The notes under the pieces were generated by a model, which saw only the letters and a list, made by a program, of their open reading frames with translations, was not told the origin of the DNA and did no database searches. The position numbers were made by a program, and so were the translations under genes. 64,000 bases of DNA. Origin: Eledone cirrhosa. Lineage: Eukaryota. Below, piece by piece: positions 25,999-41,261 of this stretch. Numbering within the stretch: the stretch's first letter is position 1; each line of letters starts with the position of its first letter. Location of the stretch: NCBI GenBank assembly GCA_964016885.1, contig OZ024758.1, positions 16,058,001 through 16,122,000 of the forward strand, given 5' to 3'.

Positions 25999-26053
25999 AC
26001 TGCCTGAAGAGGTCACAGCCAAAGATGGCTGTCACTGAAATATATATAGCAGT
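25999..26053 (+). ncRNA. Type I hammerhead motif, family E
   Basis: actgc-CTGAAGA-ggt-c-acagcca[aaga]tggctgt-c-act-GAAA-tatata-TA-gcagt, then AATAAA. Confidence 0.88.
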
Positions 26054-26097
26054 AATAAACGAAGCTAAATTTTAATCATTTGACTTTTATTTAACTT

Positions 26098-26194
<97 letters not shown>

Positions 26195-26267
26195 GGGAGT
26201 GTAACTTGGAGTTACTGTAGGTTCACCCGGGTGAGCACTCGATGTTTTTTTCATTACCATTATAAGG

Positions 26268-26352
26268 GGTCTGACGAGCCGTGGATTACAGAGTCGGGCT
26301 AGATCGATACAGATCGAACCTTGAGCTGATCACTGGCGAAACGCGCGTCACC
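26268..26352 (+). ncRNA. Type I hammerhead motif, family F (element 26191-26404)
   Basis: ggt-CTGACGA-gcc...ggc-GAAA-cgcgcg-TC-acc: canonical core, G-C closing pair, GUC site. Confidence 0.9.
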
Positions 26353-26771
26353 AACCGATAAACGTAATGAAGGAGTAACCACTTGTCCTTGTTTTATTTT
26401 ACTATATATATATATATGAAGAGAGAAAGAGAAAGAGAGAGAGCGTGAGAAAGAGCAATATATATATATATATATACAGAGATATCCACGGTAAGTTGTG
26501 GGGTCTATTCTGCATGAAGAACTCAATGTAATCCATATGTTGAAAATGTTGTAGGTTAAAATAAATCCCGGAAAACAATAAAACATTAAAAGGAAAACAG
26601 AGTCATGATATAAGTTAAAACAATGAAATAAAAAATCAAGTCATTAGAAATATACTTCACTGCTTTACGATCGTTTCTAGGTGATGATAATACATTGTAA
26701 CTATACGTCGTTATCGATCTATGTAGAGAGAATATTTACTTACATGCATATCACCAGATGTTGTCAATCAT

Positions 26772-26907
26772 TGCTTTTGACAACAGCTGATGATATGCAT
26801 GTAAGTAAATATTCTCTTTATCTGATATTTTGTAACTAACCTTACATAGATCGATAAAGAAGTATAGTTACAATGTATTATCATCACCTAGAAACGATCG
26901 TAAAGCA
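26772..26907 (+). ncRNA. Degenerate hammerhead motif, family G, in a fold-back element (arms 26608-26767 / 26777-26960)
   Basis: tgctt-TTGACAA-cag...cta-GAAA-cgatcg-TA-aagca. Stems I and III are intact; the core is two transitions from CTGACGA. Confidence 0.55.
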
Positions 26908-26953
26908 GTGAAGTATATTTCTAATGACTAGATTTTTTATTTCATTGTTTTAA

Positions 26954-27001
<48 letters not shown>

Positions 27002-27138
27002 ACTATGCTTATTGGTTGATTCTTGTCTTTCTTTTTCTTCTCATTTAACTATTCGTTAAAACTATTCTCATGCTGTTTTATTCTCTAATTTTCCTTCTCC
27101 TTTATAAATATTTATAAATATGTATATTTATGTATATT

Positions 27139-27202
<64 letters not shown>

Positions 27203-27405
27203 GGATGGTAAAGAAATAAATAAGTAAAGAAAGAGAGAGAAAGAAAGACAGATATATATATATATATAGAGAGAGAAATAGAGAGAGTGAGAGAGAGAGA
27301 GAGAGAGAGTGACAGAAAGAAAGAGAGAAAAAGCAAGTAAGATAAAGAGGGAGAAAGAGTGAGTAAGTGAGTGAGTGAGTGAGTGAGAGAGGGAGATAGA
27401 GATAG

Positions 27406-27457
<52 letters not shown>

Positions 27458-27620
27458 ATTGAGAGAAAAAGCAAGAAAGACAAAGAGAAAGAAAGAGAGA
27501 TAGAGATAGAGATAGATAGATAGATACAGAGAGAGAGAGAGAGAGTGTGAGAGAGAGAGAGTGAGAACGAGAGAGAGAGAGTGAGAGAGAGAGTGAGAAC
27601 GAGAGAGAGAGAGAGAGAAC

Positions 27621-27657
<37 letters not shown>

Positions 27658-27816
27658 TTTGAAACTAAGATTGTGAACCTAGAATGAGAAACAATATAGA
27701 ATTCGTTAAATAATACAAGAACTGTTGATATTTGTCTCGTTTCCTATTTTATGCATTTATATTCACAGCCAAACACACTATCTCTCATGTATACATACAC
27801 ACACACAAACACACAC

Positions 27817-27866
<50 letters not shown>

Positions 27867-27919
27867 TTAAGGATTTTGTAGTTTACTATATATATATATA
27901 TACATATATATATTTAATA

Positions 27920-28058
27920 TAGGGCTCCCTGATGATTTTTCCCGAATGAAACAGTTCTAGTCTTGTAGAAGCCATTTCTATATTAAATATTTATACTCTG
28001 CTATGTATTGAGTACCTTACTTACTGTGGTTACCCCTGATTTGAACCCGGGATAAATT
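27920..28058 (+). mobile_element. Family H element with a hammerhead-like core (CTGATGA 27929, GAAA 27948, GTC 27960)
   Basis: Homologous to 45225-45356 and 61141-61326. Flanked by TA repeats. The 5' strand of stem I is not identifiable. Confidence 0.6.
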
Positions 28059-28123
28059 TATATATATATATGTATATATTTATATATATATATGTATATA
28101 AATATATACACACATATACACAC

Positions 28124-28179
<56 letters not shown>

Positions 28180-28220
28180 ACGCACACACATACATAACAC
28201 ACACATATATATCGACACAT

Positions 28221-28277
<57 letters not shown>

Positions 28278-29101
28278 CACACACACACACGCCGCCTCTG
28301 TATAAACATACACACGTTAAACTATTTTCCTTAGAGAGTCTGGTGATGGAAATAATTGCGATTTAGTTTTTCTTCTTTTATCTTATCTCGATAACTGAAC
28401 TCCTGTAAACTTCAGCTAGACAATATAAATGGTGGAACGTAAGTAAACACGCCAGGGGCTATATCTTAATTTTCTGCAGATCACGTGTAACAAGATCTTT
28501 TGCCAAAGCCGATGATTGTAGTTTTCCCCCTCAACCCCATTTTTCACTGTTTTTTTTTTTCGTTTGAGACAATATGAAAACATTAGAGCGCGGTCAATTG
28601 ACAATGGCGGAGATGGATTGGCAGAAAATGTATAACGTTGAATCGAATATAATGGCTTTCAATATTCCCAACGAATAGCCTAAAAATGGAGAAATTTATG
28701 CCATCATGTGAAGTTTTACTAGCCAGCTGTCCACCTTAAGATATAATTGTTTCTATTTTTGGTACAAGGCCAGCTATTATCCCAGTACGTTACTGGTACT
28801 TTATTTTATCGACCCCTTAAGGATGAAAGTCAAAGTTAACCTCGGCGGGATTTGAACTCAGACCGTAAACGGACGTAACTATGCTAGAAAGCATGGCGTC
28901 CAACCCTCTAACCCACCATAAGTTATAATGCAGAAGAACCCCCCCCCCCACAGATTTGTCAAAAGATATATCGCAACTGAATGACTTATGTGTGAAATGT
29001 TTAGCTGTCGAATCGTCAACGGTTAAACATTCCACACTCCACGGACCATAGCAAAATCAATGTAAATTTTGTGATGCTGAGAAATATCACAATATAGACC
29101 A

Positions 29102-29194
<93 letters not shown>

Positions 29195-29252
29195 ATATAT
29201 ATATATGTATATACTCATATATAAATACATATACACTTATATATATATATAA

Positions 29253-29300
<48 letters not shown>

Positions 29301-29364
29301 TATATATGTATACATATATATATATAAGTGTATATGTATTTATATATATATACATAAATAATAT

Positions 29365-29403
<39 letters not shown>

Positions 29404-29451
29404 ATATTTATCCTTATCGAGCCCTCTTTGGATTTTAGTCTTCAAATTTAT

Positions 29452-29640
<189 letters not shown>

Positions 29641-29772
29641 ACGAAGGAAATGTGGTAAGGAACCAGGTGGACCATAACTTCCCTCCACAATTTGCCATGA
29701 TAGAATTATTATGTCTCAACAACAAACTTTTGACCAATCCTTGTGACAATCATTTTTACCATATATGGAATT

Positions 29773-29868
29773 ACCCCCTGAGAAGCTCGGCTATTCATAT
29801 ACCAGGATAAAAATTTTCATAAAGACCAGAATTAGCCGTCGAAACGGCTTGAGATCAGCCGTCGGGGT
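29773..29868 (+). ncRNA. Type I hammerhead motif, family I, with a long stem III (element 29640-29882)
   Basis: acccc-CTGAGAA-gctcggcta...tagccgtc-GAAA-cggct[tgagatc]agccg-TC-ggggt. The core has A at position 8 instead of G. Confidence 0.75.
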
Positions 29869-29878
29869 CCTACTCGTT

Positions 29879-29950
<72 letters not shown>

Positions 29951-29968
29951 TTATTATTAATATATATA

Positions 29969-30196
29969 TTAGCTGGACATGTTCACCGACATCCAGAGTT
30001 GACACTGCACTCAGTGCTCCTGTGGGATCCCCTACATGGACACACTGGAAGAGGAAGACCAAGGTTAACGTATGTTGATGCCCTAAGGACAGACACTGGT
30101 CTGTTGGAGACGCAGGACATGGCAGCGATAATGAGGGACAGAGACCGCTGGGAGATCTCGTCCTTGGATCTCGGGAATTTTACCCGCCCTAGATAG
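29969..30196 (+). pseudogene. RTE-clade LINE 3' fragment
   Basis: LAGHVHRHPELTLHSVLLWDPLHGHTGRGRPRLTYVDALRTDTGL...MRDRDRW is the typical RTE ORF C-terminus. Confidence 0.85.
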
Positions 30197-30204
30197 ATAT
30201 ATGA

Positions 30205-30271
<67 letters not shown>

Positions 30272-30431
30272 AACGACACACACACACACACATACAGACA
30301 TAAACACACATATGCACACACGCACATATACACATATACATACACACAGTACCCACACACAATACACACTCATAAACACACACAATACACACACAATACA
30401 CACACACAACACACACACACAATAGATATAT

Positions 30432-30550
30432 ATATATCGATCTTCATCTGAGGATACCATTCTCATAATCAACAGCAAATGCATGAAAGACATCTCGATT
30501 GCATGGAGAACGATATATATGTGACCCGAGCCTCTTATTTTATTATTTAT
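30432..30550. repeat. Short dispersed element, second copy inverted at 32940-33055
   Basis: The two loci are reverse-complement homologues in TA context, with internal hairpin potential (ctgagg/cctcag, gttctc/gagaac). Confidence 0.65.
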
Positions 30551-30561
30551 ATCTATATATA

Positions 30562-31249
30562 GTTCACTAGCTTCCATGGAACGCTTGCCACACATCTCGG
30601 AAGTTGTTTTTCACTAATTTCCAATAGTCGAAATACGATTCTCGCTAATTTATATTTGTATTAATCTCCAGAGTCTAGCTATTGACAAGTTAATTTTTTT
30701 GATTTTTTTAGTTAATTCTATTGACTGATTAATAGCTCTTGTTAATTTAAAAACCATTTTGTTGAGAGCTTAATTCATTTTGTGATATTTTGCAATTTTG
30801 CAATAACACACATACTGATTTCATCCGCCAAAACTAAGGGTTGCCCCCTTGTCAAGCCCCACGTGGGTTTTGATAACGGTCAGTCCTTGGCTTGGCACTG
30901 AACTAAAAGCCTGTTGAAAAAGTGACTTCCTTGTTCAATCATTTTACCAAGAGCTTAACATTATTTGTCTAAGCAGACAGTACTTGATTTAGGAGTTGCA
31001 GAAACCCAATACTGGATATTACCAACCTTCCAGGGGTCCGGGTATAATTTTCAATCATATTTTATTTGTTTGACCCGAATTACTTGGTCGTTTCTATGGC
31101 TGTACGGATAATGGTTTAACCATCGTCTCAGTGTGTTTGGCCTTTTAACTTATGTTGTAGCTCTAGTTCACTAGCTTCTATGGAGCGCTTGCCACACATC
31201 TCGGAAGTTGTTTTTCGCTAATTTCCAATAGCCGAAATACGATTCTCGC

Positions 31250-31253
<4 letters not shown>
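30562..31253. mobile_element. ~690-bp non-coding element with ~90-bp direct terminal repeats; a solo ~190-bp end lies inverted at 47389-47580
   Basis: 30562-30650 matches 31164-31253. 47389-47580 is the reverse complement of ~31060-31253. Confidence 0.7.
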
Positions 31254-31325
<72 letters not shown>

Positions 31326-31329
<4 letters not shown>

Positions 31330-31772
31330 TGGTGGCTGCCAACTCGTTTTCGTGTACGGCCACTACTTTATATCCATGTAGGAGAACCCCCACCGATGCG
31401 CTGAACGAGTGTGACTTTTTAGTCCAGCCAGCGACTTGAAAACTCTGGTACAAACACTACACTTGTGACAATTATTGACACATCATTGGATACCACCAGG
31501 GTTGCAGGTGTTATATCAGAGTTTTCTTTCTCCTAGAATTCTGCCTTGACAAAGGCTAAGGGGTCATCTCTCCCGGTGATTTTGGATGGCCATTGACTCT
31601 TAAGAGCTCCTTTGCCCTTTGACAGGTTTTGTTTTTAGTCCTGCAGGATGTCAAAAGTCACCCTCCTCACCAAGAAACCTTGGTGGGATTGCCAGTTTAG
31701 TTGCCAACGACCCGACCATGAGACAGGTTGTACTGGGATACATGTTACCAGTGGCACCAATTGGTGACCTGA
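31326..31772 (-). mobile_element. Second, shorter bipartite RTE derivative of the same family
   Basis: Reverse complement nearly matches 62668-62920 and 63082-63236, with a larger internal deletion. Confidence 0.75.
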
Positions 31773-31813
31773 CATAAATATATATATATATATACATAAA
31801 TATATATATATAT

Positions 31814-31867
<54 letters not shown>

Positions 31868-32360
31868 TCGCGACGAAAACAATTTCCTTCTTTCTTACAT
31901 TGGATTCATCTCGAAAGGTCTATTTTCTACGCGCTCATATATTCACCCAGCTTATGCTGATAGAATAACTATGTAGCTTGTGCCTCTTCCTATCTACGGT
32001 TAGCTTTTCTCTTTGTTGTTTACTGTCTCACTCGCTTTACGCGTTTTAATTGTCCTAATAACTTAATTTAGTTATTATTGCACCAACGTGAGGTATAAGA
32101 TTTTTAATGCAATGAAATATCTATGATCGTTGGCAAATCACTGATGAAGGACTCATTTTATAACATGTTATCCATGTGCAGCCTGCAGTATTCTTCTCCC
32201 CATTTTTTCATATATATATATATATATAAACTAAGTACCCCTGGAGATATATAGGGTGTCTATGATACAGTGGTTGTTCTATTGTATTAATTTGACATAC
32301 CAGAACTATAAAATTGAGATAATTGCCGTTCCTGGGACTTTTTGTCCTAGGAAAGGAAAA

Positions 32361-32443
32361 TGCTTTCTGATGATCTAAACTTTTCCATTGGAGGTCCCTA
32401 AGGATCTCCAATCTTTTGTGAAGTGAAACCGTCGGTAAAAGCA
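32361..32443 (+). ncRNA. Type I hammerhead motif, family J (element ~32228-32530)
   Basis: tgcttt-CTGATGA-...attggaggtcc[ctaa]ggatctccaat...agt-GAAA-cc[gtc]gg-TA-aaagca: 6-bp stem I, GUA site. Confidence 0.85.
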
Positions 32444-32525
32444 ATTGGAATAGGTAAATATTTAAATTATATTTTTTTATTTATTTTTAAAAATTGTTTG
32501 AATCTTACTTGTTCCGCTTATCTCA

Positions 32526-32594
<69 letters not shown>

Positions 32595-32596
<2 letters not shown>

Positions 32597-32904
32597 CGTT
32601 TCTGAATTTGTTTAGCAAGATTCTTTATCTGAAATCGTGTGTTGAAACCGATATTGTTATACTTTGGGAGGGTCATGTTGCCAATAAGAAACACACGCAC
32701 CAGTTGCTTTCACTTCAATTTGTTATATATTTATAAATTTATAAATTTACAAATCTACAAACTTATAAATTTCTGGTTGGTTCCAACCAGAAATTTATAA
32801 GTTTGTAGATTTGTAAATTTATAAATTTATAAATATATAACAAATTGAAGTGAAAGCAACTGGTGCGTGTGTTTCTTATTGGCAACATGACCCTCCCAAA
32901 GTAT

Positions 32905-32911
<7 letters not shown>
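32595..32911. mobile_element. Family A fold-back insertion: ~130-bp palindrome centred at 32781/32782 plus a left tail, ribozyme part lost
   Basis: Arms ~32651-32780 and 32783-32911 are reverse complements. 32595-32650 is the reverse complement of the 3' end seen at 17093-17147. (TA)n on both sides. Confidence 0.85.
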
Positions 32912-32944
<33 letters not shown>

Positions 32945-33059
32945 TAAAATAAGAGGCTGAGGTTACATATATATTGTTCTCCATGCAATCGAGAAGTCCT
33001 TCATGCATTTGCTGTTGATTATGAGAACGATATCCTCAGATGAAGATCGATATATTTGA

Positions 33060-37210
<4,151 letters not shown>

Positions 37211-37819
37211 TGTATACATGTATATACCTGTACGTACTTGTATGCATATGCAATGTCTGCGTATAGTTTATCATAGGAGTATATTTGCATATGGGATTTC
37301 CCTAAATTTATTACCGTGTGTGTGTTTATCTAAACATCAATAAATCTCTGTAAGACAATCTATGGTATAGCATGGACCCTTAACTCCTGAGAGAGTCGTA
37401 GGGACGCCATATTGACACAGCGTTTCTAGAACATTTTTTAAAGATGGCAGAACCTATCTTCTCTCTAGGCCTCAGTCCAGTAGATTTATTCCAGAGAAAG
37501 TTAAAGATAGAGAGAGTGAGAGATTGATAATGAGAAAGATATGTAGTGGAAGAATCGATCCCCAGTACCTGACTGGTACTTTTTTTATCGACCTCGAAAG
37601 GATGAAAGGTAAAGTTGACCTCGGCGTGATTTGAACTGAGAGGTCAGAGAGCTGAAATGAATATCATAAAGTATTCTATCTGATGTTCTAACGCCTCTGC
37701 CTATCCGCCGACTATAAGACAATCTCTGTGTATGTAGAAATCTCTCTATTTTTATGTTTCCTATCAATCTGTATATTTTACGTTCTGAGTTCAAATCTCG
37801 CCGAGTTCAAATCCCGAAA

Positions 37820-37975
37820 CTGACCAAAAGTGTGGAGGACAACTTCGTCATTCTCCGTGCATCTTGGACAGCTTTGTCTGACGGCACTGACATGCTTGTA
37901 GTGCTTATTTGAAACCGTAAATGGTATTCGGGGACATTGCTTAGCCAAAGACATTGTTTCAAGAAGTAATGTCCC
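37820..37975 (-). pseudogene. Old Tx1/L1 ORF2 C-terminal fragment
   Basis: The minus strand translates TVSNKHYKHVSAVRQSCPRCTENDEVVLHTFGQ, homologous to PVREKLYRH...ICPRCVRDEETVAHAL of the full element. Confidence 0.7.
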
Positions 37976-38434
37976 CTTTACTACATTGAAGTGTGAGCGC
38001 CCAGCAGTAGTTTAAATACAAAACTCACATCCTTGGTTTATACTTAACCTAGGACTAGAGGCCCACTTATAAATTGATGCATTCAGCATTCGTTAGATAA
38101 AATCTGAGCAGATTTTGGAGGTGCTTTTACTCCTATTTCTCCTATTTCTTAATTCAACAATTTTAGTGGTCCACCATTTCCATTCATTGAGATGGTTACA
38201 GGTAACTCATCAGTATTAATTAAAAAGTCTGGTCATCCAGCCCATGTCGAGGCATAAACATCCACTATAATCAGGGCACCATCTGTATAACCTCATGCAT
38301 ATTGAACCATTTAGCTAATACCTGGATCTAAAAGCAATTGTCTTTTCTTTGAGATCCTAACTTATCTGAAATAACGTTGTCACCCACTTTCTATGGTTTG
38401 ACAACACCTAAGATGTAAATCCTGTAATCGGTCT

Positions 38435-39006
38435 GAAGGAACGCGATTGCGTGTCTCTCGACCCGAAGGAACGCGATTGCGTGTCTCTCGACCCGAAGGA
38501 ACGCGATTGCGTGTCTCTCGTCCCGAAGGAACGCGATTGCGTGTCTCTCGACCCGAAGGAACGCGATTGCGTGTCTCTCGACCCGAAGGAACGCGATTGC
38601 GTGTCTCTCGACCCGAAGGAACGTGATTGCGTGTCTCTCAACTCGAAGGAACGCGATTGCGTGTCTCTCGACCCGAAGGAACGCGATTGCGTGTCTCTCG
38701 ACCCGAAGCAACGTGATTGCGTGTCTCTCGACCCGAATCAACGTGATTGCGTGTCTCTCGACCCGAATCAACGTGATTGCGTGTCTCTCGACCCGAAGGA
38801 ACGCGATTACGTGTCTCTCGACCCGAAGCAACGTGATTGCGTGTCTCTCGACCCGAATCAACGTGATTGCGTGTCTCTCGACCCGAAGGAACGCGATTAC
38901 GTGTCTCTCGACCCGAAGCAACGTGATTGCGTGTCTCAAGACCTGAAAGAACGTGATTGCGTGCGACTCCGACAGAAGGAACGCGATTGTGTGTCTCTCG
39001 ACCCGA
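38435..39006. repeat. 30-bp GC-rich minisatellite, ~19 copies
   Basis: Unit gaaggaacgcgattgcgtgtctctcgaccc with patterned variants and no spacers. Confidence 0.95.
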
Positions 39007-39059
39007 ACACGTTTGCATGCGTCTCGAATTTTCGAGCTGCACGCATTATTTATTGATCA

Positions 39060-39480
39060 AGATGCTTATTGCTACCATCCTAGCCACGAGTATTCTCGCA
39101 TCGTATCCCATTCTCAACATCGCTCTAAGTTGAAATTGATGGAAAACTAATTACATTATGGTTTTGTATTGAAGTCTATGTTATATTCTTGCCTGGGTCT
39201 CTAAAGAACCATTTCCATAGTTGCAGAAATCAGGATCATTTTAAGATGATACCACGTCCATCGCAAATTTCTTTTCTTAACGTTTTCAGTAACCCCATTA
39301 ATGTTTTGACCATGAGCCTAAACTATCTTTGATAGTTTGGCTTATCGATTTTTCTATTCCCTCCCTGTTTTCTGTAACAATAATAATCTTTATAACATTC
39401 CTCACTACGAGTTTAAATATCGCTACAAGAACTTCCATTAAATTCCTCATCATGGACGCCATTCCAATATTAAAATTTCT
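39060..39480 (-). pseudogene. Possible highly decayed RTE 3' coding fragment
   Basis: The minus strand has NLRWTWYHLKM...RPRQEY, resembling RTE LRW.GH...GRPR, with many stops. Confidence 0.35.
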
Positions 39481-39497
39481 ACCATCATTATTATTAC

Positions 39498-40028
39498 AGA
39501 CGAGGTTAACTTTGTTTTTCATCCTTACGGGATCGATAAAATAAAGTTCAAGTAATGTACTGGGATAATTGCTGGTCTTGTGCCAAATGTAGAAACAATT
39601 ATTAGAGCAGACATGCTTAGGGCAGTGAATTGGCATTATCGGTAGAGTATCGGACAATATACTTAGTATTATATACTTTACGTTCTGAGTTCAAATCCCA
39701 CCGAGGTTAGCTTTACCTTTCATCCTTACGGAGTCGGATAAACTGGCGTCGATTTAATAGACTTTCCCTCCCCTCAAATTGCTGGCCTTGTTCGTGCAGT
39801 AAAAATTATTAGTATTAGCAGTATCAGTAGAACGTCGGACAATATGCTCTGCAGCATATATCATAGTTATGTGCCTTTACATTCTGCGTTCAAATCCCGC
39901 CAAGGAACGCTTTGCCCTTCATCCTTACGGAGCCGATAAAATAAAGCGCCAATAATACACTGGGGTCAATATAATCGACTTTCTCCTTCCCCTCAAATTG
40001 TTGGCCTTATGCCCAACTCAGAAACCAT
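39498..40028 (+). mobile_element. Three SINE copies or fragments (two subfamily tail types)
   Basis: B-box gagttcaaatccc and the conserved body are repeated at ~39500, 39690 and 39890. Confidence 0.8.
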
Positions 40029-40034
40029 TTGGGA

Positions 40035-40800
40035 GTTCTCTGAAGACCTTCTGTTGTCCACATCTCCTGAGAGTTTTTTTACCACAATATATTACAGTTT
40101 TTAACGTTGCTTTGACTTAGTTAATTCTAACAAATAGATAGTTTTTCATTTAGGCACAAGGTCATCAATTTAGAAGTTAAGGGCCAAACCTCTTGCTTGA
40201 GGTGTGTGTGTGTGTGGGTGAGGCCTTCTCTGAAGACTTTCTGCTGTCCAGCTCACCTGAGAGTTTCTTCTCTGAAGACCTTCTACTGCCCAGCTCTTCT
40301 GACAGTTTCTTCTCTGAAGATATGCTGTCCAGCTCTCCTGAGAGTTTCTTCTCTAAAGGCCTTCTGCTGTCCAGCTCTCGTGAAAGTTTCTTCCCCGAAG
40401 ACCTTCTGCTGTCCAGCTCTCCTGAGAGTTTCTTCTCTGAAGACCTTCTGCTGTTCAGCTCTCTTGAGTTTCTTCTCTGAAGAACTTCTGCTGTCCAGCT
40501 CTCGTGAAAGTTTCTTCTTTGAAGACCTTCTGCTGTCCAATTCTGCTGAGAGTTTCTTCTCTGAAGATCTGCTATCCAGCTCTCCTGAGAGTTTCTTCTC
40601 TGAAGACCTTCTGCTGTTCAGCTCTCTTGAGTTTCTTCTCTGAAGAACTTCTGCTGTCCAGCTCTCGTGAAAGTTTCTTCTTTGAAGACCTTCTGCTGTC
40701 CAATTCTGCTGAGAGTTTCTTCTCTGAAGATCTGCTATCCAGCTCTCCTGAGAGTTTCTTCTCTGAAGACCTTCTGTTGTCCAGTTCTCCTAAGAGTTTC
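40035..40800. repeat. 42-bp minisatellite with a ~163-bp higher-order duplication
   Basis: Unit tctgaagaccttctgctgtccagctctcctgagagtttcttc. One isolated unit at ~40040 and the array at 40225-40800. Confidence 0.9.
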
Positions 40801-40965
40801 TTATCACTGATATTAAAGTTTTAATGTTGCTAGGAGTTCGTTGATACTAACAAATAAAAATTATAATTATCGCGAGAATAAATAAATAAAAGGAATAATT
40901 AAAATAATATGATTATATAATTAACATTTCTGGTTTATTTTAGTATTAACAAGGATGATAAAGAT

Positions 40966-40997
<32 letters not shown>

Positions 40998-41218
40998 AAA
41001 TAATAGTAATAGTAATAATTGTTTCTATCTTTGGCACAAGGCCATCAATTACGCCAGTGCATTACTGGTGCTTTATTTTATCGACCCCGAAAGGCAAAGT
41101 TAACCTCGGCGGGATTTGAACTCAGATCGTAAAGGGAAGTAACTCTATGCTGCAAAGCATGGCGTCCAACCCTCTTAATAATAATTATAAAGGTCAATTA
41201 AATAGGAAACACACACAT

Positions 41219-41261
<43 letters not shown>

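Noticed and set aside
30447-30500. CTGAGGA...GAAA in the short dispersed element
   Set aside because: The second copy (32940-33055) has GAAG and the stems do not form a hammerhead.
32080-32150. GAAA-tatc-TA-tgat..atca-CTGATGA, a possible type II (permuted) hammerhead
   Set aside because: Stem I pairs (4 bp) but stems II and III are mismatched, which is insufficient from a single copy.
38435-39006. 30-bp repeat resembling a CRISPR array
   Set aside because: Units are contiguous with no unique spacers, there are no cas genes, and the context is eukaryotic.
40225-40800. Repeated CTGAAGA in the 42-bp minisatellite as tandem hammerheads
   Set aside because: No consistent GAAA with stem I/III pairing; most units lack GAAA.
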